From contig OZ199838.1 of NCBI GenBank assembly GCA_964304625.1, positions 13,273,843 through 13,337,842 on the forward strand: 64,000 nucleotides of DNA, written 5' to 3'. Every line of letters begins with the position of its first letter. Positions within the stretch are counted from its first letter, which is position 1. The notes under the pieces are model-generated. The model made no database searches. It saw only the letters and a list, made by a program, of their open reading frames with translations, and was not told the DNA's origin. The stretch comes from Kudoa neothunni (taxonomy: Eukaryota > Animalia > Cnidaria). Below are positions 24,716 through 39,999 of the stretch, piece after piece. A program made the translations under genes and the position numbers.

Positions 24716-27700
24716 ATGGTATCTCTGGCTTCATACTTTAATGTAATTTGATTATTTGTAGGAAAACAGATTCTCCTGTATAGAGACCAATCATAATGGT
24801 TTAATAGTAAGGAGTTCATACTAAAACAATGTAAACTAAGTTTTTCTAATTAGCACGACGTACAACCCGATTTTTTTGGAAAATGGCTAGCAACATGTTC
24901 ATCCGATAACACAATTCACATTTATGATATGAAAAATCTTGAAAAAACCAAACCAATTGCTATACTTAGTGGGTAATAGTTCTTTCCAACAACCTTATCG
25001 TTTAAATTGGATCAGCCTATATTATCCTGCCTTTAGGCATGAAGGTCCAGTTTATAAGTTATGTTGGGCTCACCCACGTTTCGGTAATGTGTTGGCTTCA
25101 TGTTCCTATGACAAGAAGGTATTTGTTGTCATGGAAAATATAATTTAAATTTAACAAAAGGTTATCATATGGAAAGAACACCTTGGCACCTGGACAAATG
25201 TATACACATATGAAGGTCATAGTGACAGTGGTAAATTGATTTTTTGTGTTGGTTGCGCATTGTAAAACTGCGAGTTTTCTACTTTGAAATTATTTACCTA
25301 ATAGAAATTTTATTTTTACCTTTGAACGCGTCTTAAGCGCGAGCTTTGAATTTTTTGTTGTCGTTTATAAGACAAAGTTTTTTGTGTTCGGTTATAAATA
25401 CAATAGTTAAGTAAAGAATACAATCTTTTGTAATCGTTTTATGTTTAAAATATTATAAATTTTTTTCTTTTTCATTAGAGAATTTTGATGAAAGCATGAA
25501 CCAATATCTAACTAATTTAAGCTAATTCAGTATGCCCTGATTAGGCTAATTCTGGCAGATCTAGTCAACACACAAATTATAGCTTCGCCGTTAATATTTG
25601 TCTCATTAAGATTTATGATTTTTAATTTAATTTACAACCCCAAGAAGGCTTTCATAAAATTACATGGTTTCCTGTTTTGGAATCTCAATTAAAAATTCTA
25701 TATACTGATTTAGTCGATTTATTATATTTTCTAAATCAGGGGTTCTCAACCTGGAGTAAATTTTAAACGCAAGGGGTAAATTTAATGGCGTCAAAATTTG
25801 ATAGAAGCGATTTTTGCATAAAGGGTTTGTGACGTAACTAAGGATTTCTAAGGAATTATATTATTCAAGGCTATTAAGCCCAATAAAAAGTTGGCAGAAA
25901 TGCTTATAATGTTTTTAGGAAGAAATATTTTAAAATTATTTACGAAACTATGATCCGCCTCTTTCTTATATGGCTCGTTTATTTTTTAGTGATGCAACCT
26001 AATAATAATAGTAAAAATTAAAGTGGGTATTTGTATTGTAAATAATATTTAGGTGTCATTAGTTTGGACTATTTTTAATTATTTCTGGCCCCTAAGAGCG
26101 AAGGATTGGGATAGAAATTATTTAATTTAACAAAACCAAAGAATAAAATCTGTAGAAAGCTTATGAGTAAAAGTTTATGGGATTAAGAATTGTCATTATG
26201 CAAGCGTACATGCTTTTTAGGGGAAGATTTTACCCCTCATAATAGCTTCTTTCATTGCTAAAATAGTATAAAACCGTGAAGTAAATTTGAATTTGGCTTC
26301 CATGCTAAGGGTGTAAATTTGGATTTTTCACTAGGTCGAGGGGGTAATTTAAAAAAACCGGTTGAGGAACCCTGTTCTAAATCGTTTTAATTGTAAAAAT
26401 CTATTGAAATCGTTAATAGATATCTTAGCACGTATTCCGTGTATATTAATATACAATAGTTAATAGCGAATGTTTGGGCCCTGTTGACTCACAGACATTT
26501 GAGAAATATGCATCCCAGTTTCGTTGTTGGTCCGAATGGACTCCATTTTATTTATAAAATTAAAACATGGTTAAGATGTTTTATAACTGAAGAAGAATAA
26601 AATAATTAGTTTCTTATTAACCCAATAATGGGTTTTAATTCCTATCATTATCATGCGTAGGTTCAATTGGATTTTGTTAAGATTCTCTATTCTAAATATA
26701 TATCAAGTTATTCAGATATATCTCTGTTTTGTTATCTTTTTTAAGATATTTTTTCATTCAAATATGAAAAATATTAAAATTTTAACGAGTTTTCCATCGT
26801 GATAATCAGTAAAAAAAATTTATTCGAGCTAAATAATTGATATCTGTCAATACCTACATAATATTTAGTTATCACAGTGACATGGTCACTTCAGGAGCAT
26901 GGCCTTAATTTATTGTGTGGCTCGATGGACGGCTGTATTAGTATGGTTTATCAAATACGTATGACAATGAAGTTATTTGTATGATAATTTGAATCCTTTT
27001 TGTTGTAGACAACGAATGGAATTCTATTAAAAAAGTAGTGGCTCACCAGGTATCAAAATGTTAACTAATATATTTAGTTATTTTTTATAATTTTTTCGCT
27101 TAGATCGGAGTCACTAGTGTGTCATGGGGTCCTCCTTATATTTGGGAAGATGTATTTTAGGAGTGTGTGCAGCGGTTAATATTTTCTGTAGGATAATTGC
27201 ATTCCCATCCAACAGTTTGTTTCTTGTGGGATGGATGGATCTATTAAACTATGGACGTAAAAATTGATCCATGATTGTTTTCTGTATGTTCTAATTGCCT
27301 TGTATTAGACTGGAAGATAAGAAACCGGTGCTTCAACAAAAACTGGAATCCCATATGGATAGTGTTCGTTGTGTTGCATGGGCTCCCGATATTGGTACTA
27401 ACGATATGATCGCAAGTGGCAGTCAGGTAAGACTATATTTTATAACACATCCAGCAGACATTAGCTGAGTTATTGACATAAACTTGGTGAGATTTGCCGC
27501 AATGTCGACTCGCGTGTGTACCCTAAGTCTTAATCATTACTTTCCATTGTTTACCATTCCATCCTATTCAGCTTCTATAATTATAATTAACCGGACTTAA
27601 ATGTTAATAATAACAATTATCTTAGTGTATTGAAATCTCAATAAATTTTAGCCCGTACGTGCACTTTCGACCACTTTTGGTAATCATTTTTACGCAATCG

Positions 27701-28745
27701 CTAGGAGGTCAAAAGATATACCCGTCGTATTTCTTAAATGTCATTGCCGAATTATAACTGTAATGATGTTTATGTATAAAATAAGAAGAATTATATTGTA
27801 ATACATACGAAATATTTAATTCCGACAAAATTAACAATTCAGTGAGAATTTCGATCATATTGGAGAAAATATCTAATATAGGGTTTAGGGGTCAAACTTG
27901 GCGCTTTGCAATCTAATCAAACACATTCGTTTAATAACCCAAAAAATAGGTTTTTATGTCCAAACCCATAATTGTTATGATCACTGTCATTTATTCTAAT
28001 ATTACCCCTCTTCGAGAAGACCTTGTGATATAGCCAAGCATTTTTCGGTAGAACCCATCATAATGTGTGTTATTTTGGCGAAACACTCAGCAATAGCTAA
28101 TTTTAGCTTTTTTTGTGTTTACATTGCCTCCTTATAACTAAGTTTTCCGAATAAAACGAATGTTTTCAATAGGATTGAGAATTTTTTAATATGCAAGCGT
28201 GCCGAAGTCTTGGAGTTGGATACTCCCTCACTATCTAAAATACATTATCTAAAATAGAATGGTGTACCCTAATAATAGTCATAGCTGTATTATTTAGCGT
28301 GTTTGCTACCAGTTACTCATTGTTATTGTTAAAGTTGTTCTCAATAAATTCCATAGGACGGATCGCTTATTGTATGGAACAAACTCCAAAATGGCAACTG
28401 GGATGCCCAACTTTTACACAAATTTAACGAAACTGTATACAGTGTTAGTTGGTCTACTAACGCTCGTACACTTGCTGTGTCGTCGGGTGCCAATAATGTA
28501 AGTTTACATGGCACAGGATTATTCTAAACTAATTTTCGCTATTTTATATTGTTAAGGTTTCATTGTGGAAACGTAGAATGGATAATACGTGGATATGTGT
28601 AAGCAAAACGAATGTGGGAGGAGATAACAACCACGTTGCACAACCTCAATTAACGCAACAGATACAACCAACTGAATCAGAACAAACAACCAATCAATAT
28701 ACACACGTGATGGAGACGTCCCAACACTTAGCATCGAAACAATGA
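24716..28745 (+). CDS. SEC13: SEC13 WD40 protein (COPII / nuclear pore)
   Basis: ATG|GT at 24716. Exons give [45 protein letters not shown]|VIIWKE, AHQ|[26 protein letters not shown]|DG and [16 protein letters not shown]|VSLWK. Stop at 28745. Confidence 0.95.
25737..26374. mobile_element. Buster-type hAT MITE within a SEC13 intron
   Basis: Ends caggggttctcaacc / ggttgaggaaccctg with a perfect 8-bp TSD ttcTAaat on both sides. Confidence 0.92.
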
Positions 28746-28808
28746 GTTTAGCTATAAAATGTAATAGTTCTGATGCGTTGTAATTTTTCTGTGCGCACAT
28801 GGTCGATT

Positions 28809-29180
28809 ACATCACTCTTCACTCAATATATGGTTTACAACTGAATGGCGTCTTTTTCTGTATGAAACAAGAAGAACACCGCCTAAAAATAATCAATTTT
28901 ATTAAATTAAATTGAAATTTAATATAAGATACCTTCGTCTGATGTTGAATCCATGAAACAAAGCACACTTAGTAGGATGGCAGCAACTAAATGTACATTT
29001 AGAAAAGTTTAAAATAAGCGTTAGCGTTTGTGTAGAACTTTTAGTAGCAAAATAAAGTTTTACTTTTTAAATAAATCACAAATACTTAGATATTTATATA
29101 TGGAATATTGAATATAAAATTTTTCAAAAAAGGGAACAACGTATGTAGTATTTGCGAAAATATCAGCATAAATAATCCGA
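28809..29180 (-). CDS. Candidate 3' exons of an unidentified gene convergent with SEC13
   Basis: Phase-compatible GT-AG exons at about 29180-29087, 28987-28933 and 28882-28809 give RIIYADIFANTTYVVPFFENFIFNIPYKYL-IAAILLSVLCFMDSTSDE-GGVLLVSYRKRRHSVVNHILSEE*. The 5' exons are unresolved. Confidence 0.3.
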
Positions 29181-30907
29181 CTAAATTATTAAATTCATTA
29201 CAAAATTAAAAATATGACATTTGGTTGGATAATCGATTTAAGTGGTAAACTTTAAGTTTACAGAAAAAAATTATAAGAAAATTAAGCATTGAACTTTTGT
29301 TCATTAGCGTTGTTTCACCAAATAATTTCGTGATAATATTGTTATGTTAGTTATAAATTTAATAATTTACTAAATACACAGGAAATATTAACATTAATTA
29401 AAGGTAAAATTATATTAAGAACCACATAATTTATAAACATGAGTTATTACGGCAATTTACACCCAAAAAATATTTACTATTTTTGTTGTAAAAATAATCC
29501 TTTTGAATAAACTAATCAAAATTTATTTATTTTATTTAATAACAAGGATATCTCGGTGGTGGTTTGCCGTGACGCCAAGGTCGAAAATATTTGAAAAGGT
29601 AAGAATATATTAAATATTGACTTACAATTTTATTGCTTATAAATGACTTGCTAGTTATAACGTACGTTATGATATTAGATGTACTGAAAATTTCATAGAA
29701 AACTCCGATTGAAGATTTGAACATTTCCCAACCTATTAATACTTAAGTTAGGAGCGTGGATTTTTACATCGGAGTGGCAAATTTTAATTTTATTCAGTTC
29801 GGATATGACATCAATCCGTATTCGATTTTTATAGAATTTAAATATTAATTAACATTTGCGCTTGCGCAAAGATGACATCAAATTATTTATTGTCGGGTGT
29901 CGTTAGAAGCACAAAAAATTAAATCTTCGCAATTTTTGCTCAAACTTAAGTTTATACTTTGGCATTATTTTGATATTGATACAAAAACTGACATAAGAAT
30001 AATTTATTAGACTCCATTTTCAACATGATTATAAATTATAAAAATAATCTAAAAGATTAACAAAATATTCATTTAATGGTTTTTAGTAAATTCATTTATA
30101 TTTTCACGTTTGCAAGAAAATAGCCGAAAATGGTACAATTTAAAATTAAAGGATTAAGATTAGTGATTTTCTCATCTTTTGCATAATAAAATTTTGATAA
30201 ACAGCCATAAAAATGAAAATTTTAGTCTAGAATAAATAGTAATCAGGCATTTATCTCTGATGAGTGCTTGCAGATTTCAAGTTGACCAATGGATCGTGCA
30301 ATTGATATTTGAAAAATGCAATTTAAATTTATAAATATTGGTATAATAATCAAAGATGACTTTATTCTTGGGAACATTTTGTCTCCAATGAGTCATATCT
30401 CGATAAACATGCTAATATAACAATTGTAAAATTATATTTGTATAGATTATTAATTCATCATACACGCATTTAAAAATAAAATCTAGTAAGCTCAATTAAT
30501 TTTATTGATAAATAGGAATAACGACAAAAAATACAAATTTAATTAGTTTACCTATAAAATAATTTGAGGACTGAGCTTTTACTAATGCCATAATTTGGAT
30601 GGTTAATTTAAGCAAGATTTTATAATTAATTTCTAAGCTGAAAACTTGACAAAGTTCTTCAATTGAATTTAATAAATAACTGTTTTAAAAATAAAAAAAA
30701 TATTTGATTAATCCAAATATATTCAAAAACTTATTTAAGCGCATATTTTGTTAAAAATCATTAAGATATGATAAACATGTGATAATGCCTAAAAATACAA
30801 TCATTCGATATTCTTGCCTTGTGGGCATGCGTTTCTTTATTGCCATGAATTTGTTATTGGTGTCACTATTTCCTCATTTAGCGTATAAATACATTTATTC
30901 ATTAATA

Positions 30908-31604
30908 CAGTAACTTATGGGTCGCTCGCAATTATGGCCTGTGCGTAATGGATTTTCTTCTCATTTTTACGAAGATTATGGCGTGTGCGTCAACGGGCGA
31001 GAGAAAAATTCTATCTCTATTCCAAAAGTCGAACTAATGAAATATTATCAAAAAGTAGCGGGTAAATCCACCGCTAAATTTGGAACAATGAAGATGTTTG
31101 ATGAAAAGGCCAGATCTGCCATGAATACTATTTTAAACACACATTAGTTATTTTAACGCTATAGCGATTTTACTGCTCCAAATTAAGAAAAACTCGCAAA
31201 GGGAGAAAATGTGAAAATTGATCTACCATTGAGATTGAAATAGTGGATTGAATTGATGAGAGAAAAAAATAGAGGATTCTTAGTAAGTTTCTATCATTTA
31301 AGCTAGCGAATTCCATATGATGTATCGCAATCAACACCTACTTCTATTAATTGGTTTATGCCTTCATAAAAAGATTTATCCTTTCGCATAATACATTTTT
31401 TAATCTTCAAATTATCAATCGTATTCCATTAAAAATTACCTCAAATATTAAGCTACATAAATATGCCGATTTGTCAAATTATAACGCAATTTTTTAAATT
31501 TTTGTTTATTTTCGCGTGCGCAAAGTTATGTGTCGTATTTAATGATGGCTCGTGCGTAATGATTTTGATTACCCTTTTGGTTACGCACAAGCCATAAGTC
31601 ACCG
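30908..31604 (+). mobile_element. pogo/Tigger deletion derivative of the 51918-56104 family
   Basis: TA|cagtaacttatgggtcg ... gccataagtcaccg|TA. Retains the HTH part (KVELMKYYQK..MKMFDEKAR), similar to 52150-52500. Confidence 0.85.
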
Positions 31605-32769
31605 TAATAAGGATGGAGAATATTGAACTTTCGTTTATATATTTTTTTTAAATCGCAAAATCAACCATAAAATAAATTTAATTTCAATACATGTAAACCA
31701 AATTATTGAAAATAACATAAAATACAACTAAAAATTACTTTACAATACATTACGATATACACTTTGAATATTTTAATCGCATTGTATTATCAAAATTAGT
31801 TTAATACGTTTGTTGAAAATTTCCGTTAAAATTACCCCAGTACAACATTTTGAATGTCAATATACATTATTTAAAATTAATAAATTAAACTTTGCTCTAT
31901 TTTATCACCATTATTATATAATAATTAACATAGATATTATAATCTCATTTTATATTTTGTCGAAAGTTGAAAGTTGAAAGAAAACTAAGAGTACGTTTGT
32001 TGCTTAATATCATTTTATGCGTAAATATTGATTGACTGTATCTAGTAGGTTTAACAACAAAATTGATGATTTGTCTTCGTAACAAGTATAGATAAAAAAT
32101 TAAATATAGTGGACGACGGGTAATACGCAGTACGGCTAGTACGCACTTTTGCTTGTTCATATAGAATTTACAACTTGTTGAACATGTTACTTAAGTCGGC
32201 GTTTATAAACTTAATTTAATGATGTTTTTTATACCTGAAACATAATTTTCAAACGAAAAACAAAAAAATATTGTAACTTAAGGGCATTGTTGCGTAATAC
32301 GCACCCCTTTCCCTGAAATTAATATTAAAATCGCGCGCAGATACTGTTTGATTTGTATGTATGGTTGACAAAAACCTTCATGATATGATTATAATAAATG
32401 AAAAATAGTATTAATTAAAATTTTTGAAGTCAATATCAAAAAAATAAAAACCACGCCATTAAAAATTTTCTTGTATTCATATTATGTTTAAATAATATTC
32501 CTACCCAAGAAATTACAAATTAGGGAATTAGATGAATGTAGAGTTCTAAACATTAAAGAACAGAACAAGCGACAAATTTGATAAAAAAATTACGAACGGA
32601 TTACTTAAATAAGTTCGAATATTTTAGAGTTATTTATCTGGAAATTATTTTTAAAAAGAATGAAATTGTGACGAAAATTTTGAAAAATGTCTATGATGTT
32701 AGCTATGGATGGTTTTAAATTTTCAAATAAAGGTCAATCTTCGTATATTTAAATTTTGTAGACGTACGT

Positions 32770-33070
32770 AAATCGTTGATGAATGTACATTTAAAAATAA
32801 CTCTAAAAAATTATTATTCAATCTTGACGCAATTCTCTTTACAGAAAATATTAAAGTTGAGAAAGGGGCCATTTCGGTTGAACATGACGATATTCAACCA
32901 CTTAAAACATTATCGAAGCATCACTTTAAAAATAACAGATACCGAAACAAAGACGATAAAAAAACTAACAAAATATCCCCAGTTATCCAAGAGACATCAG
33001 CAAATCCTATTAAGAAATAGATGACGAAGAAATATCTAAATCACAAAATCCGTTTAAACCGCCTCAAGTA
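32770..33070 (+). pseudogene. Possible exon of an unidentified gene or pseudogene
   Basis: Protein-like frame IVDECTFKNNSKKLLFNLDAILFTENIKVEKG...ETSANPIKK, then a frameshift to DDEEISKSQNPFKPPQ|gta. Splice-like boundaries nearby. Confidence 0.25.
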
Positions 33071-33602
33071 TATAAAAAATTATTCAACAAAAATAGTTCT
33101 ATTTATTCCTAAAAGTAAGCTTAAAAAATTAAAAGAAAATTTTTTAACATATATGTAGAGTGTGAGGTACAAACGAAAATAACCGATATTCCCTAAAGTA
33201 AATTATTACAATAATAACCCAACAATAATTGGATCTTGACTAATTTGCACTTTTTCTCCGGTCCCCAAGGGATTACGTTTTACCCGTCACCGCTGTATAA
33301 TACTTTCCTAATATTTTAAGTACGTGACAATTTATACAATTAAAACAGAGTGATACTTTGTTTTTTTATTCGAACTAAAATATTTTTAAACTAATAAAGT
33401 CTAAATGTCATCTAATTATTTAATAATTCCCTGATGCTAGCGCAATATAAAAAAATGTGGCGTTCTTAATCTGATTTCATTTGGGGGTGAAGATTTGTAT
33501 TTACTGAAGAATGCGCCATCTTCATATTAATGATCTATTTCTGAACAAACTTGTTTAAAAAAATTATAGAAGGAGCGTTTAATATTTAGACTACTGATTA
33601 AA

Positions 33603-35682
33603 TTAAATTTGATTGCCCACTAGTGTATAATCTTGAGTAAAAATTATCGGCGTAGGCGCAAAAGCAAATAACACATCTACTTCAACGCAAATTAAAAGAA
33701 AGCAAATACCTGAAAGGATGGAAATAAGAAAAGTGACAAATGAGGCCATTCCAAATTTCTCCGCAATCAGCCCAGAAATAATAGGAACAAATATGAGGAA
33801 AACATTTTGCATCGCCTGCACTCTAAAAAACAAATTAACGACCGCAGATCGGTCAATTAAGACTACAGTCCGTAAGCAGTGCCAAGTCTTGATTTAGGCA
33901 CAATATATGAAACCATTGGCCACATAATAACATTTCTTATTGAAGAGGTAAGTCCATATGGTATCTTGATGATAAAGTGAAAGCTGTTTTCAACGAGTAG
34001 TAAGTAGTAACGGAAAAATTACAATAATTGAAAATATAGGAGGAAAAGCGAAAATCAATGTGGTGTAGCAAACCGCAGCCATAAAAAAAACTCCATATAC
34101 TATGTAGAATTATTGAGGTGACGAGAAAATTAAGTTCTTACGTATGGCACCATCATATCCAATGTAACTGCTTGTAGCACCAAGCACTGGAGACACCACA
34201 ATTGCGACAATAATATAATATCTAAAAATTAGATTTTAACAGGTTTTCAACAAACAGTATTAATAAAAGTTTTAAGAAGAATCTTATGAGGCTTATAACA
34301 TTGTTAAAAGAGATATTCGTTGGTGCAGAATCAAGAAAATTTAGTTCGAAATTACCCCTGTATTTTCGAGGCAAACGTGGGAGTGAACAAATACTTTTCA
34401 ACATAGAGCGTTCTTGTGGTAATTAGAGTTATTAACTCAGTAGAAAAATCTCACAATGAAAGACTGTTATAATTGGTTGTGGCTGAGTAAGACAAAGCAC
34501 AAATGACGCAAATTAACCATAATTTGAACTGGCCATTCCAACAATATGCTTCCAATGGAACTCTTCGCAATTACTATCTACAAAAATACATGTAACTTGA
34601 TAAAAAAAAAATAAAATATACCATTATGATCATGTGAAATTGATGAAATCTTTGATGAGGAATAAAAATGATCCACCACACCCAGCACAATAGCGCAGAT
34701 AGTAGATAAAACGCAAAGTAATAAGCCTAAATCAAACTTACATTGTTAAAGCACAGGTGGAAAGATTACCAAATCCAAAAGTCACTCCAAGTATCTCACT
34801 GTTGGATAGTGTTGGGTAATTGATGGAAATGTGATTATATAAATCGTGCATATAAAACATATTTATGAATTCAGCCTACAACATTAACGTCATATAGCTA
34901 GATTACACAAGCTGACCACATAGCCAACATGTATCCACTTACAAATTTACAAAACAGCTGTAAACAACTGAAAAACATCACCATAGACTTTCCCTTCAAA
35001 TAAGTGCCGCCATATTTATTAATGCAAACTTGAACGGACTCTGAGGACAATCTAATGCGAAATATAAACAACGGTTTTTTTCAGGTTATATTTAGGTAGG
35101 CTACCCAAAAATAACCCTTCCAAGTATCATCAACCAAAATCTTTTCGCATAGCAACCAAGCATAAAAACACCTTGTCCAACACAGACACAAAATGTGAAC
35201 AATGTTAACGATAAACTATTTGGAGAATAAATCTCAATATTAATCACTCTCACATAGATACCCTAATCCTATAAAATAGTCTACAATCAAACCACTGCCA
35301 ACAGCCATAAAAACATTGGGAATAGCAGTGAATGAAAGTAATAGATCATATTTTACCGGTGTAATATTGATTATCTGAATGAAAATAATATCACCAGTTT
35401 TGAGATCAATTGTAATACACTCATAATTTCAGTTTGCATCGAATAAGGGCTATCCTGACAGAAGTTTAAACCTAAGCAATTAATAAAGTTGCATTCACGT
35501 TTTCAAACAGTAGATTCTCTTACCAAAACCCTGATACACATGCCAACACTATGACTATCATTTGAAGACATAACGAAGACCCTGTTTTACCTACCAAATT
35601 GTTACATGGAACATTTTCTTCCCTCTGTTCAGACGGAGGTTTGTCTATAGTAGAGACTCCCTCAATGTTCGTATCACTTGTT
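33603..35682 (-). CDS. MFSD1: MFSD1-like major facilitator transporter; multi-exon, termini approximate
   Basis: Spliced GLNFCQDSPYSMQTEI..YDLLLSFTAIPNVFMAVGSGLIVDYF..CVCVGQGVFMLG..FWLMILGRVIFG|LSSESVQVCINKY matches the MFSD1 pattern GSYFCYDNPAALQ..PNVVL..GGFLID..GQ..FWLM..GRFVFG.GGES. C-terminal VQAMQNV..IISGLIAEK. Confidence 0.8.
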
Positions 35683-36452
35683 CTACAATATAGCAATGTA
35701 TAATTCTGTATTGAATTTGATGAAAAACAAATAAATCAATATTAAAAATTGACAGATGTTCAAAACAATTAACATCAAGTGAAAAATCGACTATAAACCT
35801 ACTTCATTATTTACAATGACAAACGAGTAATCCCTTACGGAGGTTAATCTTATAAATTCTTATAATTTAATACGAATAAGCAGATAACAACAAACAGTTA
35901 GGATCAAATAGGGTTAAATCAATTGTTTATATTTTCTTCCTTATATTGTGGCATTGATTATTAATCGTGAAAATCTTTAAAAATATATTGTCTAATTACA
36001 TCATCCCTCTTGATAAAAACATGATTATCATAAGCGTGACTGGGACACTCATTCAACTCGTCTTCAGTAAGCTCAAAAGATCTTTTTTTCGTGTTCTTTG
36101 CACATAAGTTTCACTCAAGTATTTTGCTAGTTATATTCCATCAACTAAATAGCCCATTTAAACGCTTTTACGATAGGGCCTAACTACGGCATGCAAAGAA
36201 GTTGAGTTGCATTTCAAACGGCTTATCAATCGCAACATCCATAGTAAACAGCTTTCTCTGCTACAAGGATTTTTAGGATTAAATACGCAAAGTATGGGAA
36301 GATAATAACGTTTTAATTCTAATTAAAATAAATAGTAGGTAATTTGTAAAATACCTAGTTTTATAGTGAAATCATATGTTTTTTCCGTAAATTTTCCCAT
36401 TTACGTTAACGAGTAGGCGCCACAAAAAATAATCCACTTTATGGAATAGCTA

Positions 36453-37830
36453 CAGTCGTGACTCGACACTGTTTAACTTAATAAAAATTAGCATTATACA
36501 TTTTAATTAACAAAATTAAACACATAAATCATATTCTATATGATTAATTGGGTTATTATGCAAAGAAATTATTATTTTGAACGGGCGGATATACAACAAA
36601 ATAGGAAAAGTCTTGCGTCTCGCTATTGCGTAACTCACTTTTCCTCATTTTAATCTCTTTAATCCACTGGGTTGCAGTATCGTAAACTTGATAAGATCTC
36701 AAAGAACTATAAAGGATAAAATTAAAATAGGTGATTATTATAATTCTCCTAAGTCCATAGCTGGTGCTAAAGCTATGACTGTAAAACATTTCGGTTTACC
36801 AAATGATTTTAACTGAAATATTTTTTGGTAATTTAAAATAGGCGTTTCTACTCTTGATAGAATCTTGACAAAACAAGATGAAATCACAAATTCATGTATT
36901 GCAATATCTAGAAAAAGATTTAAACCTGGAAAACCTGAAGGTCTTGAAAATAACCTTTACAACTGGATAATGTCAATGCGAGATAAAAATAAACTATTAT
37001 CTGGGTTAATAATTATCGAAAAAGTTTTTATTATTGCCAATGATATTGGAATCAACAATTTTAATGGAGGAAGGGGATTGTTTAATAATTTCAGGATGCG
37101 TTATGGTACGAAAAGTTCTAAATTACATGGAGAAGCTGGAAGTGTTGACATTAAATGTATTTATGAATGGATGGGAAAGTCGTCGGGGATTTTGTCAAGA
37201 TACAGCCCAGAAAACATATTAAATTTGGGTGAGACAGGTCTTTATTATGAACATCTGATACAACGTGCATACATTACTAAAAATGAACAAAATGTAAAGG
37301 GTGTAAAACAATCCAAAAAGTGTTACGGTTTTGGTCACTGTTTCAGTGGACATGAGAAAAAATTCCCATTACATGTAATAGGAAAATTTAAGAAACCTCG
37401 CTTTTTTTAAGGGAATCAAAGAGTTTCCAGTTGAATATCATTAACAAGCGAATGGCTGGATGTCCTCCCATATATTTTTTCAGATCCTGGAAGAGATGAA
37501 CCATAATCTCATTAAAGAAAACAGAAAGGTTTTAATTTTATTGAATCAATGCCAATCTCATCCAAAATCTATCGATAATTTTGAAAACATCGAGCTCCTA
37601 TTTCTGCCGAAAAACACTATCAGTGAGTGTGATGCAACCAATGGATCTGGGAATAATCCACAGTTTTAAAATCAAATAATAGAAAATTATTATGCAAATA
37701 TATTATACTTGAAGAGGATGACCCAGATAGATTTAAATATATTGTACTCGATTGTTTAAATACTCTAAAATTGGCTTGGGAAATGGTTACGGTATCAACT
37801 ATTGGTAATTGTTTTAATAAGTCGCCTATT
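36453..37830 (+). mobile_element. Degenerate pogo/Tigger (CENP-B-like HTH + DDE_1) transposon
   Basis: TA|cagtcg terminus. Motifs LENNLYNWI, KLHGEAGSVD, NLGETGLYY, VIGKFKKPR and LFLPKNT, with frameshifts. Probable intron at ~36793-36841. Right TIR not found. Confidence 0.8.
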
Positions 37831-39999
37831 TTCAAAAGTATATTATCGATTATTTCTTTTATTTTTATTGAAAAATTAAGATGAGCAAATTTTAATGGAA
37901 TGCGAGGACGAAAATAAATAATTTTGACTTCTATTAATACGAGCGTGCTCCAAGAAACGTTTTTAATTTTGTGGCAAGTGCTCATTTATTTTAAAGGGCG
38001 GCATATTTGTATAATTTGAAAATTTAAAACAGTAAGAAAGTAAATTCTTAAGCGCAATGAGTTAGAAATATTGTATTAGACTGATTGTGATGCAATTTTT
38101 GTGCTCAAATAAAACTTTTTAAATAAACAGTTAATATTTTAAATAGATAATATATTATTTTTTCATAGATTTTTTTCTAGAAAAAGCAATGACTGTTAGT
38201 CTAGATTCTTTAGGTCGTCCTATTGCTTTCACTCTCGATGAGAATGATAACTTTAACCAATATTTATTAAGATTTTATTTCAAGTATCAGTTGTTTTTTC
38301 GCATTATTTTGTGCTAAATTCTTTTGAAATATTTGTATTACACAAAGTTTTCAGGTAAAAGTTGGTATTTGGAGAGACAATTCTCAAAAATTCCCTTACT
38401 TTATGTTCTAAACCTTAACAACGATACATGATTTTTCATACAAAATGCATGCATAAGTTATGCGAAATTCTCAAATAGGATCGTTAGTAGCAGTTAAATA
38501 CAAGCGTGCATTAATATGAATACAAATTGTAGAATTTATCCGAAATATTTGAATTTACAATCACCGCGAGTTCAAAAGTATATTTATTGCCTCCATTAGC
38601 ACAAATTTTCAACAAAATTGAAAGGTTAGTCGCATTAGGTGATCAACCAAAAATAATCAAGTAACAACATTATTGTCATTTTTATAGGTTAACATCACAA
38701 TAACAATTGTGAGTTAACATATTGATAGTCGTAAATACATTCTATGTTGGGTATTCCTCTTGTTTTCACATTGTGTAGGGGATTTCACTGTGATATTTTT
38801 ACTCGTTTCATAGCATAACATTTTTTGTACACGCTTTCTGTTAGATCCAAATGATATAAATTCAAAAAGATGATAATCTGAGAAATCGACTTTCTGTTGG
38901 TGAGATAGAAATTTGGATATCGAAGCATTACAAAGAAGATCATGCACCTCATTTAAGAATATGATTATGTAAAATTTTTTCTAGAGTTATTAGCTCAAAA
39001 AGTAATGCTAGAGAGGCAGTTACCTCATTATGTTGACGATTTTTCTTACCTTTAGGTTTTCTTTTTTATAGAGAGTCGAAAATAATACAAAAGTTATTTT
39101 GTAGTAAATTAAAGCTTCATTAAATTATTTTAGAATTTTTGATTGGGAAATTTGGATTTTGGATATTTTGCAAGTCCTCCATTTTTAATTTGCAGGAAAA
39201 GAGATGTTCATAACGATAAATATGACTTTTTAGTGAGTTATATAAGTCAGCTTTCAATCCAGGAGAGGATTCCATCGTACAAATGACGATACAGTGAAAA
39301 CTTAGATTCCCACACGGGTTACTGTAATGAGGGATTCAACTCGTATTTCCTTCTATTGTGGGCATTAATTTTAGATAACGAACTAGAGTAAAATTTAAGT
39401 TTTTTTTTAATTTTTATGTTAATAAAACTAATAAATTGTCTATATTTGTAGAAATAACATGTAAGAAGATAGAATTATGCTTACCGCTATTTAAATGTGA
39501 ACTGTGAGCTTTCATATTTATTTTAACTATAAAATTAAACATTACTTTAAATATATTTACTTTAAAAATTTACTGAATTCACTACATAGAATGCTCTAAT
39601 CGTTTTCCATGAATAGCGGTAATACTTAATATACTTTTTAGATACGTAATAATGGAAATATACATAACAAATGCAATTATTTCATTTTATAAAAACATAG
39701 TTAAGCATATTTTAACAGATTACATTGGCTGAGTTAGATTAAACATATTAGGTACAATCAGAGGTAACAGGGTGGATGTTTTTTATACATAAAACACAAT
39801 GTTTGGAATTTGGTTTTTTAGTTAAAGAAACCTTTATTAATAAAAATATCTATTTAACATTACTAGTAACAAAATATAAAACACGAAATTTATAGTCACG
39901 ATATTAGAAATTTCAGTAGATCCAATTTTCTCCAAAACATTTAGTTTTGTTAGGTCAAAAATCATTAATTACAAATGCGAAATTCAAATTTTGACTGAA

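Noticed and set aside
29545-29640. U1 snRNA or spliced-leader RNA-like segment (AAG|GTAAG)
   Set aside because: No U1 5' ACTTACCTG and no convincing Sm site or stem-loops.
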